Shown here piece by piece: positions 36,676 through 37,014 of a stretch of DNA of 37,014 bases. Origin of the DNA: Candidatus Hodarchaeum mangrovi (GTDB lineage: Archaea; Asgardarchaeota; Heimdallarchaeia; Hodarchaeales; Hodarchaeaceae); assembly GCA_016839515.1 (NCBI GenBank), contig JAEOUE010000126.1:1-37014 (forward strand), given 5' to 3'. Within the stretch, counting starts at the first letter, position 1. Every line of letters starts with the position of its first letter. The position numbers and the translations under genes are program-made. Below the pieces are notes generated by a model. That model worked only from the letters and a program-made list of their open reading frames with translations, had not been told where the DNA came from and made no database searches.

Positions 36676-37014
36676 ATGGCAGATTTAAAGTTTATTGGAA
36701 GAATATTAGGTCTCATTGGTGGTATACTTATGATCGTCCTTGGTATTATTATTGTTATAAATAATATCTTGGATGAAGCAATTCTAGCCCTAGATCAGTT
36801 TGGAGTCGATTTAGGTTTGAATTTTGTAGGTGATGCTGTAGGTGGAGCAAATAGTTGGCTAGTGGCAGCAGCCCTAATGATTATCTTTGGTATTGTTGCT
36901 ATTTTTGGCTACAAACAGCTTTCTGGAAAACCTAAAGGAGAACTCCTTGTTTGGGGTATTATTTATATCGTGGTTGGTATTCTAGGTGCTGGACTTGGTG
37001 GGCTTATAGTTTTA
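36676..37014 (+). CDS. Gly-rich multi-pass membrane protein, 3'-truncated by the window edge
   Basis: MADLKFIGRILGLIGGILMIVLG...LLVWGIIYIVVGILGAGLGGLIVL, open to the end of the window. Confidence 0.8.
   Translation, partial: MADLKFIGRILGLIGGILMIVLGIIIVINNILDEAILALDQFGVDLGLNFVGDAVGGANSWLVAAALMIIFGIVAIFGYKQLSGKPKGELLVWGIIYIVVGILGAGLGGLIVL

Noticed and set aside
1-37014. Genome-wide stop-codon reassignment (TGA=Trp or TAG=amino acid)
   Set aside because: Conserved genes end on TGA or TAG at their expected C-termini, TGG is used freely for Trp, and only one otherwise intact gene shows internal stops.
1-37014. CRISPR arrays, tRNA, rRNA, intact transposases or prophage genes
   Set aside because: No regularly spaced direct repeats, tRNA cloverleaf with TTCGA arm, rRNA-like stretch or mobile-element ORF was seen.

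Overview
AT-rich archaeal chromosomal window, most consistent with an Asgard archaeon (Heimdallarchaeia/Hodarchaeales-like). This is inferred from an archaeal/eukaryote-type TrpRS, a geranylgeranyl-reductase-like gene, a Rab-like GTPase, three longin-like proteins, TATA-type promoters and an H/ACA-type guide RNA. It holds about 35 mostly unlinked metabolic, transport and signalling genes and no rRNA, tRNA, CRISPR array or intact mobile element. The most notable signals lie outside the ORF track: (i) a complete box H/ACA-like guide RNA (23535-23615, minus) complementary to LSU rRNA helix 69; (ii) an unassigned stem-enclosed pseudoknot RNA (about 18985-19115); (iii) a structured trpS leader with a CCA-containing loop; (iv) a SECIS/K-turn-like hairpin and a defective hammerhead-like motif flanking an apparently inactive NadE paralog. 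Protein-level oddities include two divergent NadE-like paralogs around an anion permease, a Rab-like pseudo-GTPase with a polybasic insert, longin-receiver and 7TM-longin fusions, a DUF72 protein with a C-terminal PIP box, and a GH13 gene interrupted by in-frame TGA and TAG. Several intergenic gaps contain decayed genes. All calls come from reading motifs by eye; no searches or folding programs were run.
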